Part shown: piece by piece, positions 21,096 to 32,999 of the stretch
How the letters are laid out: each line of letters begins with the position of its first letter
How positions within the stretch are numbered: position 1 is the first letter of the stretch
Origin: an uncultured Gemmatimonadaceae bacterium
GTDB lineage: Bacteria; Gemmatimonadota; Gemmatimonadetes; Gemmatimonadales; Gemmatimonadaceae
NCBI GenBank assembly: GCA_963829055.1
Contig: CAWHHI010000011.1
Span: 160,001 to 224,000 of the forward strand
DNA length: 64,000 bases
Direction: 5' to 3'
Notes under the pieces: generated by a model
What the model was told of the DNA's origin: nothing
The model's input: the letters and a program-made list of their open reading frames with translations, nothing else
Database searches by the model: none
Made by a program: the position numbers and the translations under genes

Positions 21096-24000
21096 AGCTC
21101 TGGGGGATTTTTCGCTTCGAGCTCGCTTACCAGCTACGCCGTCCCTGGCCCTGGCTCGCCATGGTCGTCCTGCGTCGTATTCGCGTTCTTCGTCGACGAG
21201 GGTAGCCATCGTCCCCGTCACGCTTCCCCAGGACTTCATTCTCAACTCGCCCTTCATCATCGCGGCCGTCTCTGTGTTCAGCTGCCAGATCTGGCTGCTG
21301 GTGGCGCTCGGCCGTGGCCGGTGAGGCGGCTGCGCGGGACGTGCACACCGGGATGCATCCGCTCATGTACACGAGCCCGTCAGCAAGGCCGAGTACCTGG
21401 GCGGGCGATTCCTCGCCGCCTTCGTGCTCAATGCGTTGATCCTGCTCGGCGTGCAGGTCGGCAGTCTTCTCGCCGTCTACGCGCCGGGCGTCGAATCCCG
21501 CGATCGTCGGTCCGTTCCGGCCGGCGGCGTATCTCGCGGCCTACGCGTTCATTGCGCTGCCTAACGCGCTCATCGCGACGACGGTCCAGTTCTCGGCGGC
21601 GCTGCTGAGCGGCCGGCCCATGGCGAGCTACGTCGGCAGCATGGGCCTCTTCTTCCTCTCGTATCCCGGTGACGTTCTTCCTGTACGTCTCGCGGATTGG
21701 GACAGCCGGAGCTCGCACTGCTGGCGGACCCGATCGGCGTCTTCGCCATCATGAACGAGATGATGTCGAAGTGGACGATCGTCGAGAAGAACGTTCGCAT
21801 GTTCACGCTGGAGGGGCCGATGCTCGTGGAATCGGCTGCTCTGGCTCGGCATCTCGCTCGCGACGCTCGCGTTCGTTTATCGGCGCTTTCGCTTTGCGCA
21901 CCGTACCGCTGTCGACCCGTCGACTGGCTTCGCTCGCGTCAGGGCAGCAGTCGCTGTGATCGCCGACGCCAGCGAGGGCCGACGCCGCGCGGATCGCCAC
22001 GTCGCCCGCGCGCATCGCGATCGCCGTCCCGCGACGGTGCGTCAGTCGTTCGGCTTCGCGACGCAGCTGCGCCAGACGCTCTCGATTGCCTCGTCGTCGT
22101 TCTGGATGATCGCGAAGAGCCTGGCCGGGCTCTTCCTGCTGGTGGTCTTCCCGATGTTCGTGGTGCTGGTGCTGATGATCGAGCTGCAGACACTGGGGCG
22201 TCCCACTGCTGCCGCGGACGTGGTTACCTCGTGTCCAAGTACCTGACGGCGACCGCTCACGCAGGCCGCTCGACTTCCGGGTCATCATCCCGCTCCTCAT
22301 CATCTTCTTCGCCGGCGAGCTGGTCTGGCGGGAACGCGATGCGCGGCTCAGCGAAAACGTCGACGCGACGCCGGTGCCGGAATGGGTGCTCTTCCTCGGC
22401 AAGTTCCTCGGACTCGGCCTGGTGCTCGCCGCGTTGATGGCGAGCCTGACTGCTCGTCGGAATGATCGCCCAGGTCGATCATGGGCTATCACGACTTCGC
22501 AGATCGGCCAGTACGTGCAGATCCTGTTCGGGCTTCAGCTCCCCGAGTATCTGCTCTTCGCCGCGCTCGCCTTCACCGTGCACGCGGTGGTGAACCAGAA
22601 GTATCTCGGCCATGCTGGTGGCACTCATCGCGTATTTCCTGATCATGTTTTCGCGCGCGTGCTCGGCATCGAGCACAACCTGCTCGTCTACGGGGCGAGT
22701 CCCGCGTGGTCCTTCACGGACATGCGCGGCTTCGGCGCGACGCTCGGTCCCTGGGCCTGGTTCAAGCTCTACTGGGCAGCGTGGGCGCTGCTGCTCGCGG
22801 TGGCGGCGCGGCTGCTCTGGGTGCGTGGGAAGGAGTCCGGTTTCGGAACGCGGCTGCGCATCGCGCGGCTTCGCTTCAACGCGATCGACGGCCGGAGTCG
22901 CCGCGATGGCGGTCGGGCTCATCCTCACCGCTCGGCGGCTTCATCTTCTACAACACGAATGTGCTCAACGAGTACATCACGAACGACGAGCTGGTGCGAA
23001 CGCCGCGCCGACTACGAGCGGCTGTACGGGAAGTACGAGGGCATTCCGCAGCCGTAGCGTATCGGCGACGAATCTGCGCATCGAGATCCATCCCGCGCGG
23101 AGAGCGGCGACGATCCACGGCAGCTACCGCCTCGTCAACCGCAGCGCGGTGCCGATCGACTCCGTTCATCTGGAGCCGGCTTTCTACGTCGACACGCGCG
23201 TGACGTTCGATCGCGCGTTCAGCCAGGTGGTCGCGGACGACGAAGCTCGGTCACGACATCTACGCGCTGAAGGAGCCGCTCCAGCCCGGCGATTCGCTGA
23301 CGCTCAACTTCGACGTGCAGTTCGAGCCACGTGGTTTCCGCAACGGTGGCCTCGCGCAACAGCGGAGCGGGCATGGCGATCGTCGAGAACGGCACCTACT
23401 TCACGAGCGGGGCACTGCCGGTCATCGGCTACCAGCCGCTTCGCGAGCTCTGGAGTGCAGACGATCGGCGCAAGCACGGCTTGCCGCGGCAGGTCACTCT
23501 CCCCGCGCCTGCCGACATCGATCCGAGCGTGGCCGCGGGCGCTGCCGCCACATTCGAAGCAATCGTCGGCACCGACGGCGATCAGGTAGCGGTTGCGCCG
23601 GGCGAGCTGCGTCGCACGTGGAGCGATGGCGGGCGCCGCTACTTCCAGTATGTCAGCGACGTTCCGATCAACGGCATGGACGTCTTCTTCTCCGCCGACT
23701 ACGCGGTGCATCGCGAACGATGGAACGAGCGAGTCGACGTCCAGGTCTTCCTTCACCCGGGACACACGAAGCACCTCGAGCGCCTGCTCCGCAGCGTACG
23801 AGCGTCTCTGGACTACTACTCGGCGCAGTTCGGTCCCTATCCGTATCGCTTCCTGCAGATCGTCGAGCAGCCCGGCAACTTCCTCGGCATGGGCGTCGAC
23901 GGAAGCGGCGTCGTCACTGGAGGCGAGGGCTTCTTCCTGCTGGATCCGCAGGGCGACGGGTTCGACGCGATCTTCGAGATCGTGGCGCACGAGATGGGGC

Positions 24001-24776
24001 ACCAGTGGTGGGGCATGCAGCTCAAGCCCGCATTTGCCGAGGGCGGCGGCGTCATCTCCGAGAGCCTCGCGTGGTACTCCGCGATGCAGCTCGTGAAGAA
24101 CGTGAAGGGCCGGGAAGCGCTGCGGCGGTTCATGAGCTTCATGCGCGAGCCGAACCCGTGGCCGCAGATCCGCACGGGACTTCCGCTGCTCCGCGCGATG
24201 GATCCCTGGGCCAACTACCGCAAAGGCCCATACGCGATGCACGCACTCAGCGAGTACGTGGGCGAGGCCCGGGTGAACGGGGCGCTTCGCACGCTGGTGG
24301 AGAAGAAGGCGTCGTCCCTGGCCACGACGCTCGACATGTACCGGGAGCTTCAGGCGGTCACGCCGGACTCGCTCAAACCGCTGCTGCACGACCTCTTCGA
24401 GGTGAACACGTTCTGGACGTTCGATACGAAGCAGGCCACGGCGGTGCAGACCGACAACAGGCACGTGGCAAGTGACGTTCGACGTCGAGGCGCGAAAGGT
24501 CGTCGTCGACAGCGCCGGCAAGGAAACGGAGGTGCCGATGAATGAATGGGTGGAGATTCGGGATCTTCGCCGACGCCGAGGCCGGGCGAGATCGCTCGGC
24601 ACAGCCGCTGTACGTGCAGAAGCATCGCGATCCGCTCCGGCAGGCAGACGATCACGGTGATCGTGCCTGACAAGCCCGCGCGCGGCGGCATCGACCCGTA
24701 CAACCTGCTGGACTGGGAGGAGGGCGACAACATCGAGGAGGTGACCGTCCAATCGCCGTCGAAAAAAACGAACTGA
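21092..24776 (+). CDS. ABC-2-type permease-M1 aminopeptidase fusion, paralog 2 (many frameshifts)
   Basis: ATGA overlap; WFKLYWAAWALLL shared with paralog 1; HEMGHQWWG..ISESLAWY, YRKG. Confidence 0.88.
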
Positions 24777-24784
24777 GTGGCCTC

Positions 24785-24843
24785 GGTATCCCGAGCGCCA
24801 GCGCTGTCATCCAGAGCACCAGCGAAGCACCAGCGAGGGATCT
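24785..24843. repeat. degenerate relative of the GTCAT(T/C)CNGAGC REP family
   Basis: TGTCATCCAGAGC..GCGAGGGATCT resembles units at 11573-11660. Confidence 0.45.
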
Positions 24844-24944
24844 TCCATGATGTACTCATGGCCGGACTAGCGGCGATGAGATCAAAGAAGGTCTTGATAC
24901 ACGCAATCCGCTGAGCCAACGAGACAAAAGCAAACAACAGCTGA

Positions 24945-25037
24945 GACAGGATTGGCAGGATTGGCAGGATTAATGGGATGCCTCAGGGACGGTCGCGATC
25001 CGCCCACCGGCAATCCTGTCAATCCTGCAATCCTGTC
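24945..25037. repeat. inverted heptamer-array element (CAGGATT x3 / AATCCTG x3)
   Basis: CAGGATT at 24947, 24956, 24965; AATCCTG at 25012, 25021, 25029. Confidence 0.8.
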
Positions 25038-25118
25038 CTTTTGTCGTTGCTGTTTGTACTCGTGCCTCGCCTGCCATACGGACTGGCGACACACGCGCGC
25101 GCATATCAGCTTGAGCGC

Positions 25119-27389
25119 ATGCGCCCTCTCATTTCTGCAGCCCTCGCCCTCGGCACGCTCGCCTTCGTTCCCACCGCACCGGAACCGACGCCACTCCGCG
25201 GCTTCACCGCGCAGTCATCGCGCGTAGAGCGCGAGTGGGAGACGAAATTCCGCGCAATCCCGGACCCGGTGAGACTGCGCGACATGATGCAACGCCTCTC
25301 CGCGCGGCCGCATCACGTGGGATCCCCGTACGACAAACAAAACGCCGAATGGATTCGCGACCAGTACGCGAGCTTTGGCTGGGACGCGAAAATCGAGACG
25401 TTCAATGTCCTGTTCCCCACCCCCACGCTGCGCGTGTTGGAGATGGTCGCGCCGACGACGTACAAGGCGGTGTTGCAGGAGCCGACCGTCACAGGCGATC
25501 CAACATCCTCCCAGCACGCGGAACAGCTCCCGACGTACAACGCGTATTCCGTTGACGGCGATGTCACCGGTCCACTGGTGTTCGTCAACTACGGCATACC
25601 CGCCGACTACGAGGAGCTCGAGCGGCGCGGCATCTCCGTGAAAGGCGCGATCGTGATCGCGAAGTACGGCGGCTCGTGGCGCGGCATCAAGCCCAAGGTC
25701 GCGGCGGAGCACGGCGCGATCGGCTGCCTCATCTACTCCGATCCGGCCGATGATGGCTACGCCGGCGGCGCCGTGTTCCCCGCGGGACCGATGCGCCCGC
25801 CGCAGGGCGTGCAGCGCGGCAGCGTCGCCGACATGCCGACGTACCCCGGCGACCCGCTCACACCCGGTGTGGGCGCGACGAAGGATGCCAAGCGACTGCC
25901 CATCGCCCAGGCGCCGACACTCACGAAGATTCCGGTGCTGCCCATCTCGTACGGCGACGCTCAGCCAATGCTCGCGGCACTGACGGGACCACTGGTGCCA
26001 GCGCAGTGGCGCGGCGGCCTTCCGATCACGTATCGCTTCGGCCCGGGCGCCGCGCGCGTGCACCTCAAGCTCAAGTTCGACTTCGGCCTCAAGACGCTGT
26101 ACGACGTCATCGCGCGACTGCCCGGCACCACCGAAGCCGACGAGTGGGTCATTCGCGGCAACCACCACGACGCGTGGGTGAACGGCGCCGAAGACCCGAT
26201 CTCGGGACAGGTGGCCGAGCTCGAGGAAGCCCGCGCGTTAGGTGAGCTGTACAAGCAGGGCTGGCGTCCGAAACGCACCATCATCTACGCCTCGTGGGAC
26301 GGCGAGGAGCCCGGGCTGCTCGGCTCCACTGAATGGGCGGAGGCGCACGCGGATTCGCTCGTCGCGCACGCGGTCGCGTACCTCAACAGCGATACCAACG
26401 GCCGCGGCTACCTGGGCGTCGAGGGATCGCACTCGCTCGAGTCGTTCATCAACGGCGTCGAGAAGGACATCGTCGATCCGGAGTCGAACGTCAGTTCGTG
26501 GAAGCGGAACCAGGCCGCGGCGGTGCTCCGGGGGAATGACGAGGCGCGCGCCGGCGACGATCTGCGGATCGGCGCGTTAGGCTCCGGTTCGGACTACACG
26601 CCGTTTCTGCAGCATCTCGGCATCGCGTCGATGAACCTCGGCTACGGTGGCGAGGACGACGGCGGCATCTACCACTCCATCTACGACGACTTCTACTGGT
26701 ACACGCACTTCAGCGACTCGACGTTCGTCTACGGCCGCGCGCTGGCGCAGGCCGTCGGGACGACGGTGATGCGACTCGCCGACGCCGACGTGCTGCCGTT
26801 CGTGTTCACCAACCTCGCGGCCACGACGCATCGCTACGTCGATGACCTCCAGCAGCTCCGCGATGCCCGGGCGAAGGCCATCACGGAGGAGCGACAGCGC
26901 GCGACCGACAGCGTGTACGCCATCGTGCGCGACCCTCGTGATCCCGTGGGGCCGCCGCGTCTGCACACGCCGCCGCCGCGCTTCGATTTTGCTCCGTTGC
27001 TCGACGCGCAGGACTCGCTCTCGGCGGCGGCGACACGCTTCGAGAAGGCGTATGCCGCCTGGCGCGACGGCGGAGACGCGGCACAGGGCGCGGCTCGGGC
27101 GGGTGACGGTGCGTCGGCAGACCTCTCGGCGGTGAACCATCGCCTGATGCGAGCGGAGCGTGTGCTCATGCTCCGCGAGGGCCTCAAGAACCGGCCGTGG
27201 TTCAGGCATTCGCTCTACGCACCGGGGTTCTACACTGGCTACGGCGTGAAGACGATGCCGGGGATTCGTGAGGCGATCGAGCAGGGAGAGTGGAGCGACG
27301 TGAACGGCGAGATCGGACGGGTCGCCGAAGCGCTTACCGCGGAAGCTGCGCTGTTGAAGGAGGCAGCGGCTTTGCTCCAGTCGCGATGA
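25119..27389 (+). CDS. M28 metallopeptidase, glutamate carboxypeptidase II/transferrin-receptor-like
   Basis: Signal peptide, PA domain, GNHHDAW, WDGEEPG, GSGSDY, YHSIYD, TFR-dimer tail. Confidence 0.95.
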   Translation: MRPLISAALALGTLAFVPTAPEPTPLRGFTAQSSRVEREWETKFRAIPDPVRLRDMMQRLSARPHHVGSPYDKQNAEWIRDQYASFGWDAKIETFNVLFPTPTLRVLEMVAPTTYKAVLQEPTVTGDPTSSQHAEQLPTYNAYSVDGDVTGPLVFVNYGIPADYEELERRGISVKGAIVIAKYGGSWRGIKPKVAAEHGAIGCLIYSDPADDGYAGGAVFPAGPMRPPQGVQRGSVADMPTYPGDPLTPGVGATKDAKRLPIAQAPTLTKIPVLPISYGDAQPMLAALTGPLVPAQWRGGLPITYRFGPGAARVHLKLKFDFGLKTLYDVIARLPGTTEADEWVIRGNHHDAWVNGAEDPISGQVAELEEARALGELYKQGWRPKRTIIYASWDGEEPGLLGSTEWAEAHADSLVAHAVAYLNSDTNGRGYLGVEGSHSLESFINGVEKDIVDPESNVSSWKRNQAAAVLRGNDEARAGDDLRIGALGSGSDYTPFLQHLGIASMNLGYGGEDDGGIYHSIYDDFYWYTHFSDSTFVYGRALAQAVGTTVMRLADADVLPFVFTNLAATTHRYVDDLQQLRDARAKAITEERQRATDSVYAIVRDPRDPVGPPRLHTPPPRFDFAPLLDAQDSLSAAATRFEKAYAAWRDGGDAAQGAARAGDGASADLSAVNHRLMRAERVLMLREGLKNRPWFRHSLYAPGFYTGYGVKTMPGIREAIEQGEWSDVNGEIGRVAEALTAEAALLKEAAALLQSR

Positions 27390-27437
27390 TGATCATCATT
27401 GCGACGCGGGCGATGGGATGCGCGTCGACAACCGACG

Positions 27438-27548
27438 TCATGTACGCGGCAGCACCTTGATGGCGCGTCGCTCGTCCATCGCACGGTATCCCTCAGCTAC
27501 CTGCTCGAGCGGCAGCGTTAGGTCGAACACCTTGCCCGGATCTATCAT
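27438..27548 (-). pseudogene. C-terminal shard of zinc-dependent alcohol dehydrogenase
   Basis: My translation IDPGKVFDLTLPLEQVAEGYRAMDERRAIKVLPRT*; no upstream gene body. Confidence 0.8.
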
Positions 27549-27585
27549 CCCGTCGGGTCACCACACGACCGGACAGGAGGTTTCC

Positions 27586-28854
27586 ATGATTACCCGGATC
27601 GCTTCCGCCGTGGCCCTGTGCAGCGCCGTGGCGTTCGTCGCCCGAAAGCCGACGCCGAACCCGCCTCTCGTGGCGGAACAGCTGCTCGACAGTCTCGTCG
27701 CTGCGAACGCGCGACCGCTATCGATCGACCGCGGGCGGCTTCAGGGGGCCGGCGCGGAGTGGCTCCTCTCGCAGGCGGCTCACGCGCAGTTCCTGGCCAT
27801 CGGGGAGGAGCACAACGTCGTCGAGATTCCGGAGCTCGTCACCGCACTGCTGACTGACCTCGAACCGCGTGCGGGATACCGGTATGTCGCGTTGGAGCAG
27901 GACCCCGTCGCCATGCGAGCGGCATCCGTCCCGCCGATGCGCGGCCGCGCCGACTCGCTGGTCGCCTATGCCCGTCGATACCCACACGCGTTCACATTCG
28001 TGAGCGATCAGGAGTTGGCGATGGTCGCCGATGTCGGCCACGTCTCGAAGGGCGGCGGCAACCCTGTCTGGGGACTCGACCAGTCGTTCGGTGTCGACCC
28101 ACGCGCTCGACCGCCTGCGCGCCATCAGCCACGGCGCGACACCGCGCAGGCGACCGCCCTCCTGCGTGCCTACCGCGACACCGCGTCGGCGAAGGAGCAG
28201 GTGCGCGATCTCGAGAAGTACCACTACATGTCGGCCGCCAAATCGGAGGACTTCGCGCGACTCGGCGAGGCGTTCCGGGATCGTTCCGGGGAGCGAAGCC
28301 GCGTTCATCATCGAGAACCTCGTCGTGTCCGACCGCATATACCGCTACTATCGTGAGCGGCGCAGCTACGAGAACGGCTACGAGCGTGAGGAGTTCATGA
28401 AGCAACGCTTCATGGATGAATACCGTCGAGCCGAAACGGCAGACCGGACGGCCCCAAGGTGATCCTGAAGTTCGGCCATCGGCACCTCTACCGCGGCGTC
28501 GGACCGAGCCATCTCCAAACGTTAGGCAACTTCGTGTCGGAGCTCGCGCGGGTGAACGGCGGCCAGAGCTTTCACATGTCTCGGTACACGCGCACAACCC
28601 CGCTGACGGTTTTCGCTCGCTCGCCACGTGGCCGGATTCCTTTCCGGACCCGCTCATCGCCCGTCACCTGCCGACCGATGCGTGGACGATCGTCGACCTC
28701 CGTCCGCTCCGCGCGAACGATCGGCGAATCGCCGCCGCGCTACGGTCCGATCAGCGCGATCAGTTCGCGCGTTGTCTTCGGATTCGACGCGGCGCTGTAC
28801 GTTGGCGGCATGCGGCCGGCAACGTACGTACATAGTCCAGGGGTGGCGTACTGA
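27586..28854 (+). CDS. secreted protein, erythromycin-esterase-like fold, frameshifted
   Basis: AGGAGG RBS; FLAIGEEH, YVALE, VWGLD, REEFMK, KFGHRH pattern. Confidence 0.6.
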
Positions 28855-28900
28855 CGTTGCTACACTCTACTTCGTGCTTCTTCACCGACAACGGAGCTCC

Positions 28901-29290
28901 ATGACCCATTCTCCCGTCATTGCGGCTGATCTCCCATTGCCCGTCGGCCCGTACTCGCCAGGCATGCAGTTCGCAGCGACTCATCTTCGTGTCGGGCCAG
29001 GGCGCGACCGATCCGGCGACGGGTCGGCTCGCGGGTTCCGACGCGGCCACACGAACACCGCGCAGTGTCTCCGGAACGTACAGACGATCCTGCGTGCCGC
29101 GGGCTCCGATCTGCAGTACGTGCTCCGCTGCGGCGTCTTTCTCGTGGACATGGCCGAGTTCCCGGAGATGAACGGGGTCTACGCGCGCACGTTCGGCGAT
29201 CATCGCCCGGCCCGCACCACCGTCGAAGTCTCGAAGCTTCCGAGCGAAGGATTGCGCGTGGAGATCGACTGCATCGCGTACCGGCCGTAG
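28901..29290 (+). CDS. RidA/YjgF/UK114 family protein, two compensating frameshifts
   Basis: PVGPYS, IFVSGQG, FPEMNGVY, PARTTV, LRVEIDCIA. Confidence 0.92.
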   Translation: MTHSPVIAADLPLPVGPYSPGMQFAATHLRVGPGRDRSGDGSARGFRRGHTNTAQCLRNVQTILRAAGSDLQYVLRCGVFLVDMAEFPEMNGVYARTFGDHRPARTTVEVSKLPSEGLRVEIDCIAYRP

Positions 29291-29515
29291 CGCGATGCAC
29301 ATCGTGAGTCAGGGAGGTGGGAGACCGTCACCTCAGATCGAAACACTCTGCTTCTTGGAATTGGTGGCGGGACAGTAGCAGAGCCGAGCGTGCCGCGATG
29401 CCTTCACGGTAGTGCTCACCGTGCCAGGGCGCGTCGTTAGGCGATTCAACACGGGCGGCACTCCGTCGGCGGCTTTGACGTCCCAGGCCATGGGCCCGAC
29501 GGTGGGTGCGCAGCC

Positions 29516-32243
29516 TCAGGCCCTGGGGCGCGGCGGCAGAGGCCACGGTCGCGCCTGTGGACAAGCCGCCATGCCGAGGCCGCGTATCGCGGCGCGGTAG
29601 GCCGGTCGGACCACAGCGGATCGACGAGTGGGTTGCAGCCGGGAACGACGACCGTCGAGGGAAGCATGCGGAACAACCGGCGCTGACCGGCGCGCGTCGT
29701 GACCAGGCGCAGGAGCGGCGCGCGGTCTCCGAGCAGGAGGTCCGCGAACGCCGCTAGGGCGCCACCGGAGGATCGTCGCCGGCCACGAGCGCCGACCGCA
29801 TCCGTTTCACATCGCCCCAGCGGCCAGCGGCAGCGTACGCGAACAGCAGTCTCACCCGCAGGGAGATCGCGGGAGAGCCGAACGCCGCAGCTCCAGCGTC
29901 CGCACCGCGCTGTCCGGCTGACCGCCGAACGCTTGGGCGAGCCCGAGGCTGGATCGCCAGCGGGAATGTGGAGTCGATCGCCAGGACGCGGCGCGCCTCG
30001 TCCTCCGCCTCGAGAACCGACGCGCGTCGATGAGCGCCGCCGCCAGCAGGTCCCGGCCGACGGCGCCAGCGGGTCGAGTCGCGTCGCCTGCGTCACGCTC
30101 GACGATAGCGTCGTCCGTCGCCCAATCGCCTGAGCATGACGCCGAACGAGTGGTGCGCGTACTGGTTCGACGGCTCGCACGCGGAGCGCGGCGCGATAGT
30201 GCGCCTCCGCCTCAGGGAAGCGGAAGTCGCGGCCGAGAGCGAGCGCCGTGGCGAGCTGCACGTCGGCGAGCGTCGAGTCGAGCGTCAGCGCACTGCCGCG
30301 CGCTCGCCTCGACCAGCGGCGTCGTCGAGTCCGGAGGGTCCGGCGACGTAGACGCCGAGCACGTTGTAGGCGAACGCGAGTGAAACGCGCGTACGCGCGG
30401 GCGAAGGTCGGGTCGCGCGCGATGGCCTGCTGGAAGTACGACGATGGAGCGGGAGACGTTCTTGGCCCCGCGCGCCGTGCCAGTGGTAGCGCCCCTCGAG
30501 GTACAGCTCGTACGCTTCCCCGTCGCTTCGTGCCGCGCCCGACGTCGACCGACATTTCGGGCTCCGCGCCGCGATCCGGTGCCGCGGGTCGCGGGCCCCG
30601 AGAGCGCTAGCGCCGGCACCAGCGCGCAACGACCGCGCGCGTCAGCGAGTCCTGGACGGCGAAGACGTCGCCGGAGCTGACTCTCGTAGACGCTGTCCCA
30701 GAGCACGGTGCCGTCGCGCGGTGCTGACGAGCTGCGTGTTCACGCGGAGGCGGTCGCCCGACGCGGCGCACGGTGCGCGCTGACGAACGCGCTCGACGCC
30801 GAGCGCGCGGCCGATCTCCTGCGCGGTCAGCCGATCTTCCCCTTGAACGCGTAGCTGGACTGTGCGACCCGCGATGCGCAGTCCTGGAAGACCGGGAGCG
30901 CGTGGGCCAGCTCATTCGGTCAGCCCGTCGCTGAAGATAGTCGTGGCGTCGCTCGAGAGCCGCTCGTGTTCGCGAACGGCAGCACGGCCAGCAGTGCGAT
31001 GGAGCGTGCACCGTCGACGCTCGGCCGCGAGCGGCGACTCACGCGGGCGTCAGTTCGGTGCCGTTGCCAGATACACGATGCGCGCCGGCTGCTCACGACG
31101 CGACACGAACGGCCGCGAGCAACGAGCGCGAGCGCCGCCAAGTCCGCGTGACGTGTCGGCCCGACGCCGGACTGACCGCGGATTGACGGAGGCGACGCCG
31201 TTACGGCGATCCAACACACGCAACGACTTCGTCCAGCGCTCTGCGGTCGCTCTTGCGGATCGCTTCGCGAGCAGCCGCCCTACCAGATCACCGAGCGCGC
31301 TCGGAACGTCCGGCCGACGCTGCGCGACGCGGCGCTGGCATCTCGGTCAGATGCGCTGCGGCGAGCGCTTGCGCGGTGCGTCCCGCTGAACGGGTGACTT
31401 CCCGCGAGCATTTCGTACGCGATGACGCCAAGCGCGTAGAGGTCCGCGCGGTGGTTCATTGTCGTGTCGCCGAGCGCTTGCTCCGGCGCCATGTACGCCG
31501 GCGTGCCGAGCGCGACGCCGGTTCCCGTGAGCGTTGCCGACTTCCCCGGATCTCCTTCGGTGGCGGCGGCGACCGCCTTCGCGATGCCGAAGTCCGCGAC
31601 GACCGCGTGGCCGCCGGACAGAAGCACGTTCTCCGGCTTCAGGTCGCGGTGCACGACGCCGTGACCATGCGCGTACGCCAGCGCGTCCGCGAGCTCACGG
31701 AGCAGGCGCACCGCTTCCGAGATCGGAAGGGCACCATTGCGCGCCAGGCGAGCACGGAGCGTCTCGCCGTCGACGTACGGCATGACGTAGTAGAGACGAC
31801 CGTCCGATCTCGCCGGAGTCGTAGACGCTCAGCACGTGCGGGTGCGTGAGCCGCGCAGCGACGCGGATCTCCCGCAGGAACCGCTCGGCGCCCATGGATG
31901 CGACCGTCGGCTCGAGGACCTTTACCGCAACGTCGGCGCTCATGGCGCAGGTCGCGCGCGAGATAGACCGTCGCCATGCCGCCGCGTCCGAGCTCGCGGC
32001 CCATGGTGTACCGGTCTGACAACGCCGATAACAATCCGGAAGCCTGACCTGCGGCCGGTGTATCGAAGAGTCCGCCCGCGACGGCCGCATGCTCGCACGC
32101 ATCGAGGAGACGCGCTGCTTCACTCCGCAACGTTCCGTCGAGCCGCACGCCCGGTCGAGGAACGTGCCGCGTGCCTCGGGTGGAAGATCGAGCGCACCGT
32201 CCACGAGGCGCTGGACCTCTTGCCAGTGCTCACGTGTCGGCAT
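29516..32243 (-). CDS. Ser/Thr protein kinase with TolB-like and TPR regions, heavily frameshifted
   Basis: [50 protein letters not shown]. Confidence 0.88.
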
Positions 32244-32850
32244 CGCTCAACTCCTGGTACAGCCACCCACGCGCTTTGACCCAGTCGCGTGCGACCGTGC
32301 GCTCCGTGAGGCCGAGCACTGCTGCTATCTCTGGTTCTGTCATGCCGCCGAAAAAACGACACTCGACCACGCGCGCCTGACGAGGATCGAGGGCGGCCAG
32401 TCGTTCGAGCGCTTCGTCCATTGCCACGAGGATGTCATCGCGTTGATTCGCCGTTAGGCCGCTGCGATTCGCCGACTCGAGCTCCTCGAGTGAAATCGCT
32501 CGCCTGCTCGGGCCGCCACGGCGAAGCGGCGTGGTTTCGTCTCGCGTGATCGACGAGCACACGGCGCATGACGTGAGCAGCCACGGCGAAGAAGTGCGCG
32601 CGATCGTTCCACTGCACGCGCGTTTGATCGACGAGCCGCAAGTACGCCTCGTGGACGAGGTCCGACGTGGCGAGCGTGTGCCCAGTGGCTTCTTGCCCGA
32701 GCTGGCGATGCGCGATGCGCGCAAGGTCGCCGTAGACGAGAGGAACGAGCCGATCCAGGGCGCCCGGCGTGCCGCCGACGGACGTGTTGAAGCGCGTCGG
32801 TTATCGCGTGTTGCTGGCCTGCCACCACCATTGTGTCCCTCGCTGCTCAC
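32230..32850 (-). CDS. ECF sigma factor, TIGR02999/ECF43-like, frameshifted
   Basis: [40 protein letters not shown]; overlaps kinase start. Confidence 0.9.
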   Translation of the reverse strand: MSSEGHNGGGRPATRDNRRASTRPSAARRAPWIGSFLSSTATLRASRIASSGKKPLGTRSPRRTSSTRRTCGSSIKRACSGTIARTSSPWLLTSCAVCSSITRDETTPLRRGGPSRRAISLEELESANRSGLTANQRDDILVAMDEALERLAALDPRQARVVECRFFGGMTEPEIAAVLGLTERTVARDWVKARGWLYQELSDADT

Positions 32851-32999
32851 GATGTCAGGATTTTCGCCGATCCTGCGCTTCTTCTCCTGCGGCAGACCGA
32901 ACCCGGTGCCGAAGCTACGTCCCGCTCACCGGACCGGCAATGCGGAACGCGACGTCGCGCCTCTGCTCAGCGCCGCACACCTCGCTCAGGAGATCAACG

